Shown one piece after another: positions 40,424 to 50,384 of a DNA stretch of 64,000 nt (positions are counted from its first letter, which is position 1; every line of letters starts with the position of its first letter). The notes below the pieces were generated by a model. That model was not told the origin of the DNA. It saw only the letters and a program-made list of their open reading frames with translations, and ran no database searches. Origin of the DNA: an uncultured Nitrospiraceae bacterium (lineage in GTDB: Bacteria; Nitrospirota; Nitrospiria; Nitrospirales; Nitrospiraceae); NCBI GenBank assembly GCA_963706325.1, contig CAVPLT010000001.1:352001-416000 (forward strand), read 5' to 3'. The translations under genes and the position numbers were made by a program.

Positions 40424-42094
40424 ATGCCGGATACCTCCCTCTCTCAGGCCGACCAGACAGTCCGACACTTCAGGCAGATTCTGCTCTGGCCACTGCAGCT
40501 CATGCCGATCCGGGAAGGCACACACATCCAGAAGCATTGGGAACGCTTGGAAACGCCTGGAGCCGATCATCCCTGGCGTGAGGTTTTGGATGAGTTCACG
40601 GGCGACCCGGCCTTTTTCCAGGAGCGGCACTACAGCGAATTCGTCACATTTCTGCCGTACGTGCAGCGATTCCTCTATGGCGAAGGGAAGGGCAACAGCC
40701 CTGAGATCGTTCAAGCGTCATCCTTCCGCGTGTTCCGGCGCGGCGATGTCGCCAAGGTGCGGATCACCTACCCTGAAGCACTTGCGGCACCGGTCACCTT
40801 TGAGGTGGCGCATGTAGACTTGTATTTTTTCTACGACATCGATGTGGTGATTCTGACGATCGAGGTGTATGCCGATGACGTGCCTCTTGCACGGGCACAA
40901 GACACGCTCTTTCGTTTCGGCCGCGGCTATCCGACCTATTGGGAACCGGAAGGGCGAGGAGGCCATTGCCCGAAGTACGTAGAATGGCTCTCGACTGACG
41001 GCACAGTCTTGGCGGTGTCCGACTACGAAAAACGGGAGAAATATCTTTCGTTCGTCTGTCGGTACCGGGCTCAGTGCTTCGCCTCGCATTGGGAGTGGCT
41101 GTTAGAGCCGCTCGTGCTTCACCACTCAGAGAAGCAGGGCCTGATTCGCTATCGGCAGATCGAATCCCATCTCCTGCCACAGATGGCCTATCTGGTAGTG
41201 GACGATCCGGGGGCGTTGACTCGCGCCGAGTTTGTGCGCCTAGGACTAGCAGCATCGCCCGGAACCCCGGACTCGCTGCCTTATTCGGAGCGCCACTTGA
41301 GGGATTTCGAGGAACGTTATTGTTACGACCGTTATTGGAACGGACAGGATCGAGATCGTCCCGGCACTCGATTCATGTGTAACGGACGCACATTTACGAT
41401 GGTGAGTGACTGTAGTCCCCGCGTATTCGTCGACCGCAAGACCGACCTGGAGCAATTCCGGCATGAATACTTTCTGCTGTTCCTCATGCCGCATTTTCAT
41501 CGGGCGGCACTACTCATGTTGGAAGATCGCCTGGTCGATGCGATGAACCGGCTGGATATCAGCAACCCACAGTCCGTGCGGCAATTCAGGCGGGTCATTC
41601 GCCAAGCGTTGGGCGTCTTCCTTCGATTCACTCAGCGCTATTGGTTCCATGAAGTGTCGGACCATACACAAGCCAAAGAACTGTTTCATATGATCAGTGA
41701 ACATTTAGGTACTGCGAGGCTGTATGCCGAGGTACGAACGGCCATCGAGGATATGAATCAGTTCCTCGATAGCGATGCGTTGCGTCGGCAGGGGGAGACA
41801 ATGGTGCGTCTGACCGTGGTGACCACCTTCGGATTGATCGGCGTGACGACGATGAGCTTCCTGGGAATGAATCTCCTCGCAGCGGCTGAGAGCTCCCTGC
41901 TGACGAAGGTGGCGTACTTTCTCCTTGTCCTCATTCCGAGCACGGCCATCACCCTCTATACAGTCCTGAAGTCCAGGCGTCTAGCTGATTGGCTGGAAAT
42001 ACTGGCCGACGAGCGGCAACCGTCAAGAGGTAAGTTCGCGGCGTTTGTGAACGTCTGGAAAACAGAACGTGGTCAGAGTACGAATCCACATTAA
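40424..42094 (+). CDS. CorA-like membrane channel with a large N-terminal soluble domain
   Basis: Two C-terminal TM helices with RLTVVTTFG..FLGMN (GMN motif), preceded by a ~460-aa soluble region. Confidence 0.8.
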   Translation: MPDTSLSQADQTVRHFRQILLWPLQLMPIREGTHIQKHWERLETPGADHPWREVLDEFTGDPAFFQERHYSEFVTFLPYVQRFLYGEGKGNSPEIVQASSFRVFRRGDVAKVRITYPEALAAPVTFEVAHVDLYFFYDIDVVILTIEVYADDVPLARAQDTLFRFGRGYPTYWEPEGRGGHCPKYVEWLSTDGTVLAVSDYEKREKYLSFVCRYRAQCFASHWEWLLEPLVLHHSEKQGLIRYRQIESHLLPQMAYLVVDDPGALTRAEFVRLGLAASPGTPDSLPYSERHLRDFEERYCYDRYWNGQDRDRPGTRFMCNGRTFTMVSDCSPRVFVDRKTDLEQFRHEYFLLFLMPHFHRAALLMLEDRLVDAMNRLDISNPQSVRQFRRVIRQALGVFLRFTQRYWFHEVSDHTQAKELFHMISEHLGTARLYAEVRTAIEDMNQFLDSDALRRQGETMVRLTVVTTFGLIGVTTMSFLGMNLLAAAESSLLTKVAYFLLVLIPSTAITLYTVLKSRRLADWLEILADERQPSRGKFAAFVNVWKTERGQSTNPH

Positions 42095-42187
42095 ATATGG
42101 CTACCCATGGCGCATCAATATTTCTCACACCCCGTCTTCTGCCTGTCAGCTTGCATTTTCAGAGCTACTTCTGACCCTAAAAAATTG

Positions 42188-42709
42188 CTACGTATCCGGC
42201 GCAAGGTAGTCTTTTCGAAGCTCCTCTAGCACCGCGAGGATTTCGGCTGGACGCGGAGGACAACCAGGAATACGCACATCGACGGGAATATGCCGGTCCA
42301 CCGGTCCCGTCACCGCATAACTTCCCTTGAACATGCCGCAGTGAATGGCGCAGTCTCCCAATGCGATAACGATCTTAGGATCAGCCGTCGCCCTGTACAC
42401 GTCTTTCAACGGCCGTTCCATGTTAACCGTCACAGGGCCGGTAACGACCAGCGCATCAGCATGGCGGGGCGATGCGGCAATATGGACTCCGAACCGCTCC
42501 ACGTCATAGACGGGATTGGCGAGCGCATTCATTTCCATCTCGCACGCATTACACGAACCCGTATCGACTTCACGGATCGTCAGCGAGCGCCTGAAGGGCT
42601 TGGCCTTTTCGATCGCCTCCCGGCTGACCGACTCGCGAGGCGCGCTCCCGTCCGGATGTCGTCCCGTGACGACGCCCGTCTTGAGACTTTTTTTGATGAT
42701 TCGAAACAT
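42188..42709 (-). CDS. Ehr/Hyf small Fe-S subunit (HyfI/NuoB-like)
   Basis: DTGSCNACE, SPRHAD, GDCA, IPGCPP. Confidence 0.92.
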   Translation of the reverse strand: MFRIIKKSLKTGVVTGRHPDGSAPRESVSREAIEKAKPFRRSLTIREVDTGSCNACEMEMNALANPVYDVERFGVHIAASPRHADALVVTGPVTVNMERPLKDVYRATADPKIVIALGDCAIHCGMFKGSYAVTGPVDRHIPVDVRIPGCPPRPAEILAVLEELRKDYLAPDT

Positions 42710-42761
42710 GACTCCTCCGTCGAAAGCGTTATCAGCGAGTCAGTAATGAACTCGACCATTG

Positions 42762-44354
42762 TTAGAGATCATTCCCTGCGTAAGACAGGTTGAAGCTCTT
42801 ATTGATCAGGGGAAAATCAGGCACGATGTTGCCAAGGGCCGCCCATTGAATCGCCGGCCAATTGACGAAGGATGGGTCGCGAACTTTACAGCGGTGAATC
42901 CGCCCCTGTTCCCCTGCCATCACCATATAGAGAATTTCGCCACGCCACCCTTCGACAGCCGAGATCGCCCACTCGCCGGGCATAGGCTGCAGCACGGGTG
43001 GAGTCGTAATCGGCCCCTCTGGTAGGCCCCGGCGGATCTCGCGAATCAGTCGGATCGACTCATGCACCTCATCCAATCGCACCCGCATCCTGGCGCGCAC
43101 ATCACCATAGCGATAGAGGATCACCTTCGGATCGAGTTCATCATAGGCGGCGAAGGGTCGATCGCGGCGAATATCTCTGTTTATCCCGGAGGCGCGGCCG
43201 ACGACGCCGATCACGGCATGGTCCCAGGCAATATGCTCCGTGAGGATGCCCGTATTCTCCAGTCGTTCCGTGAGGGAGGCGTTCGCGAACAGAATTTTCT
43301 CGATGTCGGTGAAGTCCTGCTCCAGCGCATCCAGTTCCGTTTCCACCTGCGTGAGTTGCAGCGCGGTCACGTCGATAGCCACCCCACCCACGCAATTGAC
43401 ACCCCGAAGGAAGCGTGATCCGGTCAGACGATCATTGAGCTGCATGAGCTGCTCTTTCATCCGCCCGCAGTGGGCATGGGCGACGGCATAGGCGGTATCA
43501 TTACAAATAGCCCCGACGTCGCCGATGTGATTGTGCAGCCGCTCAAGTTCCAGAACCAGACTCCGTACATAACGAGCGCGAGTCGGCACCTCCATGCCCA
43601 GCAACGTCTCGACGGCCTGGCAGTAGGCCAGACTATGGCCGACGCTCGTATCGCCGGACACGCGCTCAGACAAGGGCGCTGCATCGGTCAACTGCAGCTG
43701 CTCAAAGAGTTTTTCCACGCCACGATGTTTCCAAAAATGTCGCAGTTCAAGCTGCATGATCGGCTCACCGGCGACCGAGAATCGAAAGTGGCCGGGCTCT
43801 ATAATCCCCGCATGGATCGGACCGACGGGAACCTCAAAGACACCCTCGCCCTGTATTTTTCGAAAGGCATACTGCCCTTGAACCCGCCCCAAAGTCGTAT
43901 CCCATGGGAAGTCTTTTTTCAGCGGGTGGGAGCCTCTCGGCCAATGTTCATGGCGAACAAGCCGCCGCATATCCGGATGACCGACCGGAATCAGTCCGAA
44001 CAGATCCCGAATCTCCCGTTCGTACCACTTTGCCGCATGAAGATGCGGGGTGATCGACGGAAACTCCCGCTCATCTCCGTGGAGATCCGTCGCGAGTAGC
44101 AGCCAGTCTTTGTGTTCTGCCAACGTGAAAAGATAATAGATTTCGTACCGTGCCTCGCGAGGGCGGTGATCGACCGCCCAGATCAGAGACAGCGACGCTC
44201 GCAGACTGGGATTCGTGTGCAAAAAATAGGCGACCGTCGGCAGATCCCGCTTCTTCACTCTGAGCATCGGGATGCCGTGAACGGCGCACACCTCCGTAAT
44301 GGCCTGCGTAAACGCCACTTGCACTTGCTCGACTGCCGGACGTCCGTCGATCAC
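42762..44354 (-). CDS. Ehr large subunit (HyfG/NuoCD-like) lacking Ni-binding cysteines
   Basis: WYEREIRDLFG, GPIHAGIIEPGHFRF, HRGVEK; ERVSGD in place of RxCxxC and NKSFNLSYAGNDL in place of DPCxxC. Confidence 0.92.
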   Translation of the reverse strand: MIDGRPAVEQVQVAFTQAITEVCAVHGIPMLRVKKRDLPTVAYFLHTNPSLRASLSLIWAVDHRPREARYEIYYLFTLAEHKDWLLLATDLHGDEREFPSITPHLHAAKWYEREIRDLFGLIPVGHPDMRRLVRHEHWPRGSHPLKKDFPWDTTLGRVQGQYAFRKIQGEGVFEVPVGPIHAGIIEPGHFRFSVAGEPIMQLELRHFWKHRGVEKLFEQLQLTDAAPLSERVSGDTSVGHSLAYCQAVETLLGMEVPTRARYVRSLVLELERLHNHIGDVGAICNDTAYAVAHAHCGRMKEQLMQLNDRLTGSRFLRGVNCVGGVAIDVTALQLTQVETELDALEQDFTDIEKILFANASLTERLENTGILTEHIAWDHAVIGVVGRASGINRDIRRDRPFAAYDELDPKVILYRYGDVRARMRVRLDEVHESIRLIREIRRGLPEGPITTPPVLQPMPGEWAISAVEGWRGEILYMVMAGEQGRIHRCKVRDPSFVNWPAIQWAALGNIVPDFPLINKSFNLSYAGNDL

Positions 44355-44358
44355 ACGA

Positions 44359-45891
44359 TCACCTCACCACAATCACGTTGACGGCTCTGGTCAGCAACGT
44401 CTGAATCGGTTCGGGAAGAATAAATCCAAGCCCCAACAATGCGACGATGATGATCATCAGCGGCACATGGCCGACGGTCCACGGTTCGCCTTGGGGAATG
44501 CCTGCTGATGGGGCGCCCCACACCATTGCCCCGACGCGATACATAAATCCACCGAACAAGACGACGCCGAAGAACAGAAGCACCGTGACGATGCCGAGGC
44601 TGCGCATCTCGTTCGAAATCGTCATTGTCATAAACCGCCCCACATGCACCGTATCGGACGCAAAGTCCTGCGCAGCCACTGCCGACACTACCAGGAGCTC
44701 GCTGACGAACGGGGAGAAGGGGGGTAATCCGACCAGCGCGCAACCGGCCACGAGAATCGCCACAGCGGTAATCGGCTGCGCACGGGCGAGTCCTCGCACT
44801 CCCTCGATCTCCAGCGTCTCGAATCGGCGGTGAATATTCCCGGCCACAAAAAAAGCCAGCGCCTTGGCTAAGGCATGATTGAGGAGGTGGAAAAGGCCGG
44901 CGAATGTGCCGACAAGCCCGCCGACCCCGAAGCCGATCATGGCCAACCCCATATGTTCGATACTTGAATAGGCAAAGAGCCGCTTGTAGTTGTGCTGAAT
45001 GAGAATGAATAGGGACGCGACGACGAATGAGAGCAGCCCGAAGGTGAGGAGCAAGTTGCCGCTGAATTCCGGAGGGAGTGTCTGGTCCACCAGGGACTTG
45101 CTGCGAAGCACCGTGTAGACCGCGACCGTCTCCAGCACCCCGGCCAACATCGCCGCAATCGGCGCCGGCGCCTCGCTGTAGGCATCGGGCAACCAGGTGT
45201 GCATAGGAACCAGTCCTACTTTCGTGCCATATCCAACGAGGATAAAAATAAATGCCAGCTTGAGGACGTTGGAATCCAATTGATTCGCCACGCCGATCAG
45301 CTCCGTCATATTCAGGGCCGAACTCGCATCGCCGAGCACTCGTACGGATGAGTAATAGGTCAGCACGACCCCGAACAGGGCGAGGGCAATGCCTACCGAA
45401 CAGAGGATCAAGTATTTCCAGCCTGCTTCGAGCGATTCTCGCTTTCTAAAAAAGGCGATCAAAAACGTCGTCGCCAGCGTCGTCCCCTCCAACGCCACCC
45501 ACTGCACCCCTAAACTATTCGCCAGCGTCGCTGCCACCATCGCGAGGAGGAACATATGGAAGAGAAAAAAGAACAGGCCTAAGCGCTTCGGCGCGATGAC
45601 CCCGCGAGCGACCTGGTCATCCATGTAGGACCACATGTAGAGCGAGCAGGACAATCCGATGGCCGTGATAATGACCAGGATGAAATCCGACAACGCATCC
45701 ACATAGACGAACGCTCCTAATGTCGTGACCGATCCTTCTGCCAATACCTGTCTGGTCAAGGCCGTCTCCGCAACGGCCAGCGCCAACATGGTCAAAAAAT
45801 TCACGACATGCAGTACGCGCGCACGTTGGATCACCAGGCTGAGCAGACCTGCGACCATCGGCCCTGCCAGTAAAACGATTACCGACCACAT
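44359..45891 (-). CDS. Ehr/Hyf antiporter-like membrane subunit (HyfF-like)
   Basis: EAGWKYLILCSVG, GTKVGLVPMHTWLPDAY, KRLFAYSSIEHMG. Confidence 0.92.
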   Translation of the reverse strand: MWSVIVLLAGPMVAGLLSLVIQRARVLHVVNFLTMLALAVAETALTRQVLAEGSVTTLGAFVYVDALSDFILVIITAIGLSCSLYMWSYMDDQVARGVIAPKRLGLFFFLFHMFLLAMVAATLANSLGVQWVALEGTTLATTFLIAFFRKRESLEAGWKYLILCSVGIALALFGVVLTYYSSVRVLGDASSALNMTELIGVANQLDSNVLKLAFIFILVGYGTKVGLVPMHTWLPDAYSEAPAPIAAMLAGVLETVAVYTVLRSKSLVDQTLPPEFSGNLLLTFGLLSFVVASLFILIQHNYKRLFAYSSIEHMGLAMIGFGVGGLVGTFAGLFHLLNHALAKALAFFVAGNIHRRFETLEIEGVRGLARAQPITAVAILVAGCALVGLPPFSPFVSELLVVSAVAAQDFASDTVHVGRFMTMTISNEMRSLGIVTVLLFFGVVLFGGFMYRVGAMVWGAPSAGIPQGEPWTVGHVPLMIIIVALLGLGFILPEPIQTLLTRAVNVIVVR

Positions 45892-45928
45892 GCGTCACCC
45901 ACTCGCGGAATGTTCGTCATAACAGGTC

Positions 45929-46594
45929 TCATTCCTTCAGCACTGTCAGCGTGCTGGTATCCACGCTATCGAACGCATCCTGAAGCCGATGCGTGTAAAT
46001 CCCGACGATCAATCCTGCCACTAGCACATCGAAAAACACCCCTAATTCGACGATCAACGGCATGCCGTACGCTGCCGCGGTAGCCCCTAAGAACACGCCG
46101 TTTTCCATGACCAGGAATCCGACCATTTGCGTGATCGCTTTTTGACGAGCGATCATAATGAAAAATCCGATCAAGATGATGGCCAGCGCGATGGCCAGAG
46201 AATCCCGCGTGAGAAGATATCCGAGGGGAATAATAGGCTGCGTGATGAAAAAGGCGATGATCACCAACGCTCCGCAGATCAACAGACCGGCCGGGATGTT
46301 GACATTCATTCCCAGCTCACGGGAAACATTGAGCCGCTCGATGACCTTCCGCAGAATGCGGGGCAGCACGATCACTTTGATCACGACGGTTAGGGCCGCC
46401 GCGAGGTAGATGTGCCGGTGTCCGGTGAGAAACGCCACAAGGGCAGCCGTCGCCGCAAGAAAGGCGGATTGAAGCGCAAACAGATCCACACAGGCAGACA
46501 GCCGACGCTGCGCCACAATGGCAAAACAACACAGCAGCAGCAGGACCGAGCAGAGGTCCACAAGCTGCGAACCGAGAGGCGTCGAAACCGGCAC
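45929..46594 (-). CDS. Ehr/Hyf membrane subunit (HyfE-like)
   Basis: Multi-TM; GFLVMENG, MPLIVELGVFFDV. Confidence 0.9.
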   Translation of the reverse strand: MPVSTPLGSQLVDLCSVLLLLCCFAIVAQRRLSACVDLFALQSAFLAATAALVAFLTGHRHIYLAAALTVVIKVIVLPRILRKVIERLNVSRELGMNVNIPAGLLICGALVIIAFFITQPIIPLGYLLTRDSLAIALAIILIGFFIMIARQKAITQMVGFLVMENGVFLGATAAAYGMPLIVELGVFFDVLVAGLIVGIYTHRLQDAFDSVDTSTLTVLKE

Positions 46595-46598
46595 CGCA

Positions 46599-47555
46599 TT
46601 ACCCCTTCAACGTATAAAAGAACACCAGCGCGAGCAGCGACAGGATGAAGGCCGCGCCCAACAATTCCGGCACTCGAAACAATCGCAATTTGGCGAACAT
46701 CGATTCGATCACGCCGATTATGACGGCGAGCCCTGCCACCTTCGCCAGATACACCATGAGACCCACTGCAATGGCTGCCGGAGTCAGGCTTGTGGCGATT
46801 CCCCAAGGCGCGAACACGTTCACGAGCAACGTCAGAAACACCAGCAACTTAATCCCTGCAGCCCATTCCATCAGCGCCAGGTAGCGGCCTGAATACTCGA
46901 GCAGCATGGCTTCGTGGATCATCGTCAGCTCAAGGTGCGTCGCAGGGTTATCCACCGGCACACGGCCGGTCTCCGCAAGCGTCACGATGAATAACGCGGC
47001 GAAGGCCATTAAATGCGCCGGCGGAGCCACGACGACCCCTTCCATTAACGCGGACTGGTGAACGATGGTGCTCAAGTTCGTGGAGCCTGCCGTCAGCGCA
47101 ATGGCGAGGATAGACAACATCATGGCCGGTTCAGCCAGCGTCGCGATGATCGCTTCGCGGCTGCTTCCCATACCACCGAAAGCCGATCCTGCGTCGAGCC
47201 CAGCCAGGATCAGGAAAAAGGTTCCCAACGCCAATAGGTAGACGAGGGCGATGATGTTCCCGGCAAAATTGAGCGGCGTGCGAGAGATAAACACCGGCAT
47301 CAACAACCCGGCCGCCACCGTCGAGGCGAAGACCACGAAGGGAGCCGCCGTAAAGATCCATGAGGTCGTCGATGAGATCACCGGCTGTTTCCGGAATAAC
47401 TTGGCCAGGTCGGCATAGGGCTGAAAAATGCTTGCCCCTCGGCGGCATTGCAGACGTGCCTTGACCTTTCGAATCAGGCCGACGACGAACGGAGACAGGG
47501 CCAGCAACAGACCGAGCTGAACGGCGACCAATAAGACTTGCATGATCGGCTGCAT
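46599..47555 (-). CDS. Ehr/Hyf membrane subunit (HyfC/NuoH-like)
   Basis: RKVKARLQCRRG..QPYADLAKL, AETGRVPVDNPATHLELTMIHEAM. Confidence 0.93.
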   Translation of the reverse strand: MQPIMQVLLVAVQLGLLLALSPFVVGLIRKVKARLQCRRGASIFQPYADLAKLFRKQPVISSTTSWIFTAAPFVVFASTVAAGLLMPVFISRTPLNFAGNIIALVYLLALGTFFLILAGLDAGSAFGGMGSSREAIIATLAEPAMMLSILAIALTAGSTNLSTIVHQSALMEGVVVAPPAHLMAFAALFIVTLAETGRVPVDNPATHLELTMIHEAMLLEYSGRYLALMEWAAGIKLLVFLTLLVNVFAPWGIATSLTPAAIAVGLMVYLAKVAGLAVIIGVIESMFAKLRLFRVPELLGAAFILSLLALVFFYTLKG

Positions 47556-47617
47556 GTTTCTCGTGATTCAGCGATCGGACAACTCGGCACAGGCCGTGCC
47601 CAATTCGTCGCTTGTCT

Positions 47618-49645
47618 CTACCCGGCCCATAACAACAACAGCACCAGCGTCACAAAGATATACGTGAGATACAGATGGAGACTGCCGGCCTGAATGATGC
47701 GCAGCCGATCGGCCGTCGCCAGCAGAAATGTCACGACCGGCCTATATAGATATTTCTCGAAAAGCGGCTCGATGTGGAACTCGAACCGCTGGTGCTTGAT
47801 GAAATACTTCGATTGCTCCAGAAACTCCGTCTCCAGCTTCACCGTCGGCTGATAGATGGTCTCGAATACCTGCTTAATCGGTTGCGCGAAGCCGGTCGCG
47901 GTGTATTCCATCCGAGGCGTGAGATTCAGCCCGCAACCCCACGTCTTGTAGTAGCGCGCCCGCCGGCCCGTTCCGCATAGTCTGGCAATCAGCAGCCCCA
48001 AGGCTCCCGCCCCAGCCAGGAGCAGGGCGAGCACCGGCGTCGAGATGCTTGAAAATTCCACATTCACCGGCGCCACGACCCAGCCGTCGAGAGCCAACAC
48101 TTGCGAACTGATCGCCACGCCCGTCAGCGGAGCCGTGATCCGGTCCAACAACGGAACGACCAGCATAGGCGCCAGCCCAAGAACGATACATCCCCCGGCC
48201 AAGAGGCCCATTCCAACCCGCATTGACAACGGCACTTCCGTCGCATGGCGAGCATGCGTGCTACGCGGCTGCGCCAGAAACGACATGCCGAAGGCCTTCG
48301 CGAAACAAGCTAGCGCCAGCGCCCCCGTCAGGGCCAGCATCGCGGCAGCAATCGGCAACATCAGCTTGAGAAAGAGGGTCGGCAGCTGAAAGCTGAGAAA
48401 CAGACTTTGAAAGACCAGCCACTCGCTCACGAATCCGTTGCTGGGCGGCAACGCGGCGATGGACATCGCGCCGATCAGAAAAAAGGCCCCGGTCCAGGGC
48501 ATGCGCCGGAGCAAGCCGCCATACTCCTCAATGTTTCTCGTATGCGTGGCGAACTGCAACGCTCCGGCGCCCAGGAATAGCAGCGCCTTAAACGCCGCAT
48601 GATTGATGGTGTGGTAAAGACCGGCCAGCAAGCCGAGCGCCGCCAGTTCATGCAAGCCATAGGTATGGAAAATCATCGCCGCGCCAATACCCAGGAGGAT
48701 GATGCCGATGTTTTCTACGCTGTGATAGGCAAGCAGGCTCTTCAAGTCGTGTTCCATCAGCGCATACATGACACCCAAGAGCGCGGACACTGCTCCGATC
48801 ACGAGCACCGTGAAGCCCCACCACCAGGGAAATTGTCCACCCAGGAAATCGAAGTACACCCGGATCAACCCATAGATGGCCGTCTTGATCATGACCCCTG
48901 ACATCAACGCCGACACGTGCGACGGGGCAGCCGGATGCGCGTAAGGCAACCACACGTGCAGCGGGACGATGCCGGCCTTTGCGCCGAATCCGATCAACGC
49001 CGTGAAGAAGGCGAGCGATCGCAAGCCTTCGGGAAACTGTTGATCGGGCTGACGAAACGCTGTGAATGCAAACGAGCCGGTTTCTTGGAAAAAGATCAGG
49101 AACGTGAGGATGATGAACGCGGTCCCGACATGCGTCATGATCACATAGAACAACCCCGCTTCGCGCACACCCGGCTTCTCGTGCTCGGTCACAACCAGGA
49201 CATAGGAGAGGAGTGACATGACTTCCCACAAGATCAGGAAGAAGAAGCCGTTGTCGGCCAGAACCACTAGGGTCATGGAGAGGAGAAACCCGTTCAGGAG
49301 GGAGCCCAGCAACGTGAGGGAGATTCGATCGGAGAACTCGCCTACGTATCCCAGCGCATAAATCGACGCGGCCAGGCCCACCAGCGAGATGGTGAGGACG
49401 AAAAAGGCCGCCAGGGGATCAAGACGAAACGCAAAGATGAGGTGCGGAATGTTGGACGCGAATGAAACGGTCAAAGGTTCGGCGGCGACGAGACCTGCAA
49501 GACCCAGGACGATTCCCGCGAGGCCCGCGGCGGTGGCGCAGCCATGGGCCAGAAGGTTTTGTAGGCTGAGACGCCCCGGTACGCAGAGGGGTAACAGTGC
49601 CCCCATGAGGTAACAGGCTAGAAGAACGGTCAGGAGGGCGGTCAT
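47618..49645 (-). CDS. Ehr/Hyf antiporter-like membrane subunit (HyfB-like)
   Basis: WEVMSL, KAGIVPLHVWLPYAHPAAPSHVSALMSG, LAYHSVENIG, WGCG..RMEYTATGF. Confidence 0.93.
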   Translation of the reverse strand: MTALLTVLLACYLMGALLPLCVPGRLSLQNLLAHGCATAAGLAGIVLGLAGLVAAEPLTVSFASNIPHLIFAFRLDPLAAFFVLTISLVGLAASIYALGYVGEFSDRISLTLLGSLLNGFLLSMTLVVLADNGFFFLILWEVMSLLSYVLVVTEHEKPGVREAGLFYVIMTHVGTAFIILTFLIFFQETGSFAFTAFRQPDQQFPEGLRSLAFFTALIGFGAKAGIVPLHVWLPYAHPAAPSHVSALMSGVMIKTAIYGLIRVYFDFLGGQFPWWWGFTVLVIGAVSALLGVMYALMEHDLKSLLAYHSVENIGIILLGIGAAMIFHTYGLHELAALGLLAGLYHTINHAAFKALLFLGAGALQFATHTRNIEEYGGLLRRMPWTGAFFLIGAMSIAALPPSNGFVSEWLVFQSLFLSFQLPTLFLKLMLPIAAAMLALTGALALACFAKAFGMSFLAQPRSTHARHATEVPLSMRVGMGLLAGGCIVLGLAPMLVVPLLDRITAPLTGVAISSQVLALDGWVVAPVNVEFSSISTPVLALLLAGAGALGLLIARLCGTGRRARYYKTWGCGLNLTPRMEYTATGFAQPIKQVFETIYQPTVKLETEFLEQSKYFIKHQRFEFHIEPLFEKYLYRPVVTFLLATADRLRIIQAGSLHLYLTYIFVTLVLLLLWAG

Positions 49646-49901
49646 TACGACGCTACCCTATTCTCACGCGCAGCATCGCAGTGCTCACCGAAGACTCAAG
49701 AGACACGTCAGCTCTTGCATTTGTCAAAGTACGATGGAAATCAGTCGCTTCTTCTTTCCATTTATCATCTTCTTTCGATCTGCGCAACTTGATGATGTAG
49801 ATCGATCAGCAAACACGACTCAGGCGTACCACGGACAGCCGGTGCATTCGTCGGATTACGCAACCTGTAGGAAATGAGCGCCAGATGAGAATTGTAACGG
49901 C

Positions 49902-50384
49902 TTACTGCTTTGCATCGCCTAACACGCACCACACACGACGCATGCCGGATTTTTGATCGGTCACTGGCTGGCCGGACAAGAAGCTCAGCTGCCAGGCGAC
50001 GATGTCATCGGTAGGATGAGCAGTGGAGGTCCAGTAGATTCCGGATTTGATATTGCGAAAGGGATGACCCGCCGGCAGCGAAGGATCTTGTTGATCGAGA
50101 TCGACTAACGTTTTGATCTCGTCGATGCTCGGCGCGCGCCAGCCCTGCCGGCCACCGACACTTTTTGTCGCGCACCGGGCGACGGAGCGATCCCAGACAT
50201 CGAAAATGTAATCCGGCTCCCGTTCCCAAATCAGGCCGCTGGCAGAATCTTTCACCGCCTCGCCGTCCAGGATCAACACAAACCGCGAGGAACTCTCCTC
50301 GCCATAGGCCAAACCCGGCATATGGCCGGCGCAAAGCAATAAAAGGGCGGCAGAAACCCAGCCCCACATCGACAACGTGCGCAT
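49902..50384 (-). CDS. Exported DUF1566 (Lcl C-terminal-like) protein
   Basis: Signal peptide; VKDSASGLIWE, GWRAPSIDEIKTL, YWTST, VWCV. Confidence 0.88.
   Translation of the reverse strand: MRTLSMWGWVSAALLLLCAGHMPGLAYGEESSSRFVLILDGEAVKDSASGLIWEREPDYIFDVWDRSVARCATKSVGGRQGWRAPSIDEIKTLVDLDQQDPSLPAGHPFRNIKSGIYWTSTAHPTDDIVAWQLSFLSGQPVTDQKSGMRRVWCVLGDAKQ

Noticed and set aside
42762..44354. Calling the operon a functional [NiFe] hydrogenase-4/formate hydrogenlyase
   Set aside because: All four Ni-binding Cys are absent and no maturation or fdh genes are nearby.
49646..49900. Fluoride riboswitch upstream of the Hyf-like operon (a known association)
   Set aside because: No GGCGATGG..CTGATGAC-type consensus found on the minus strand.
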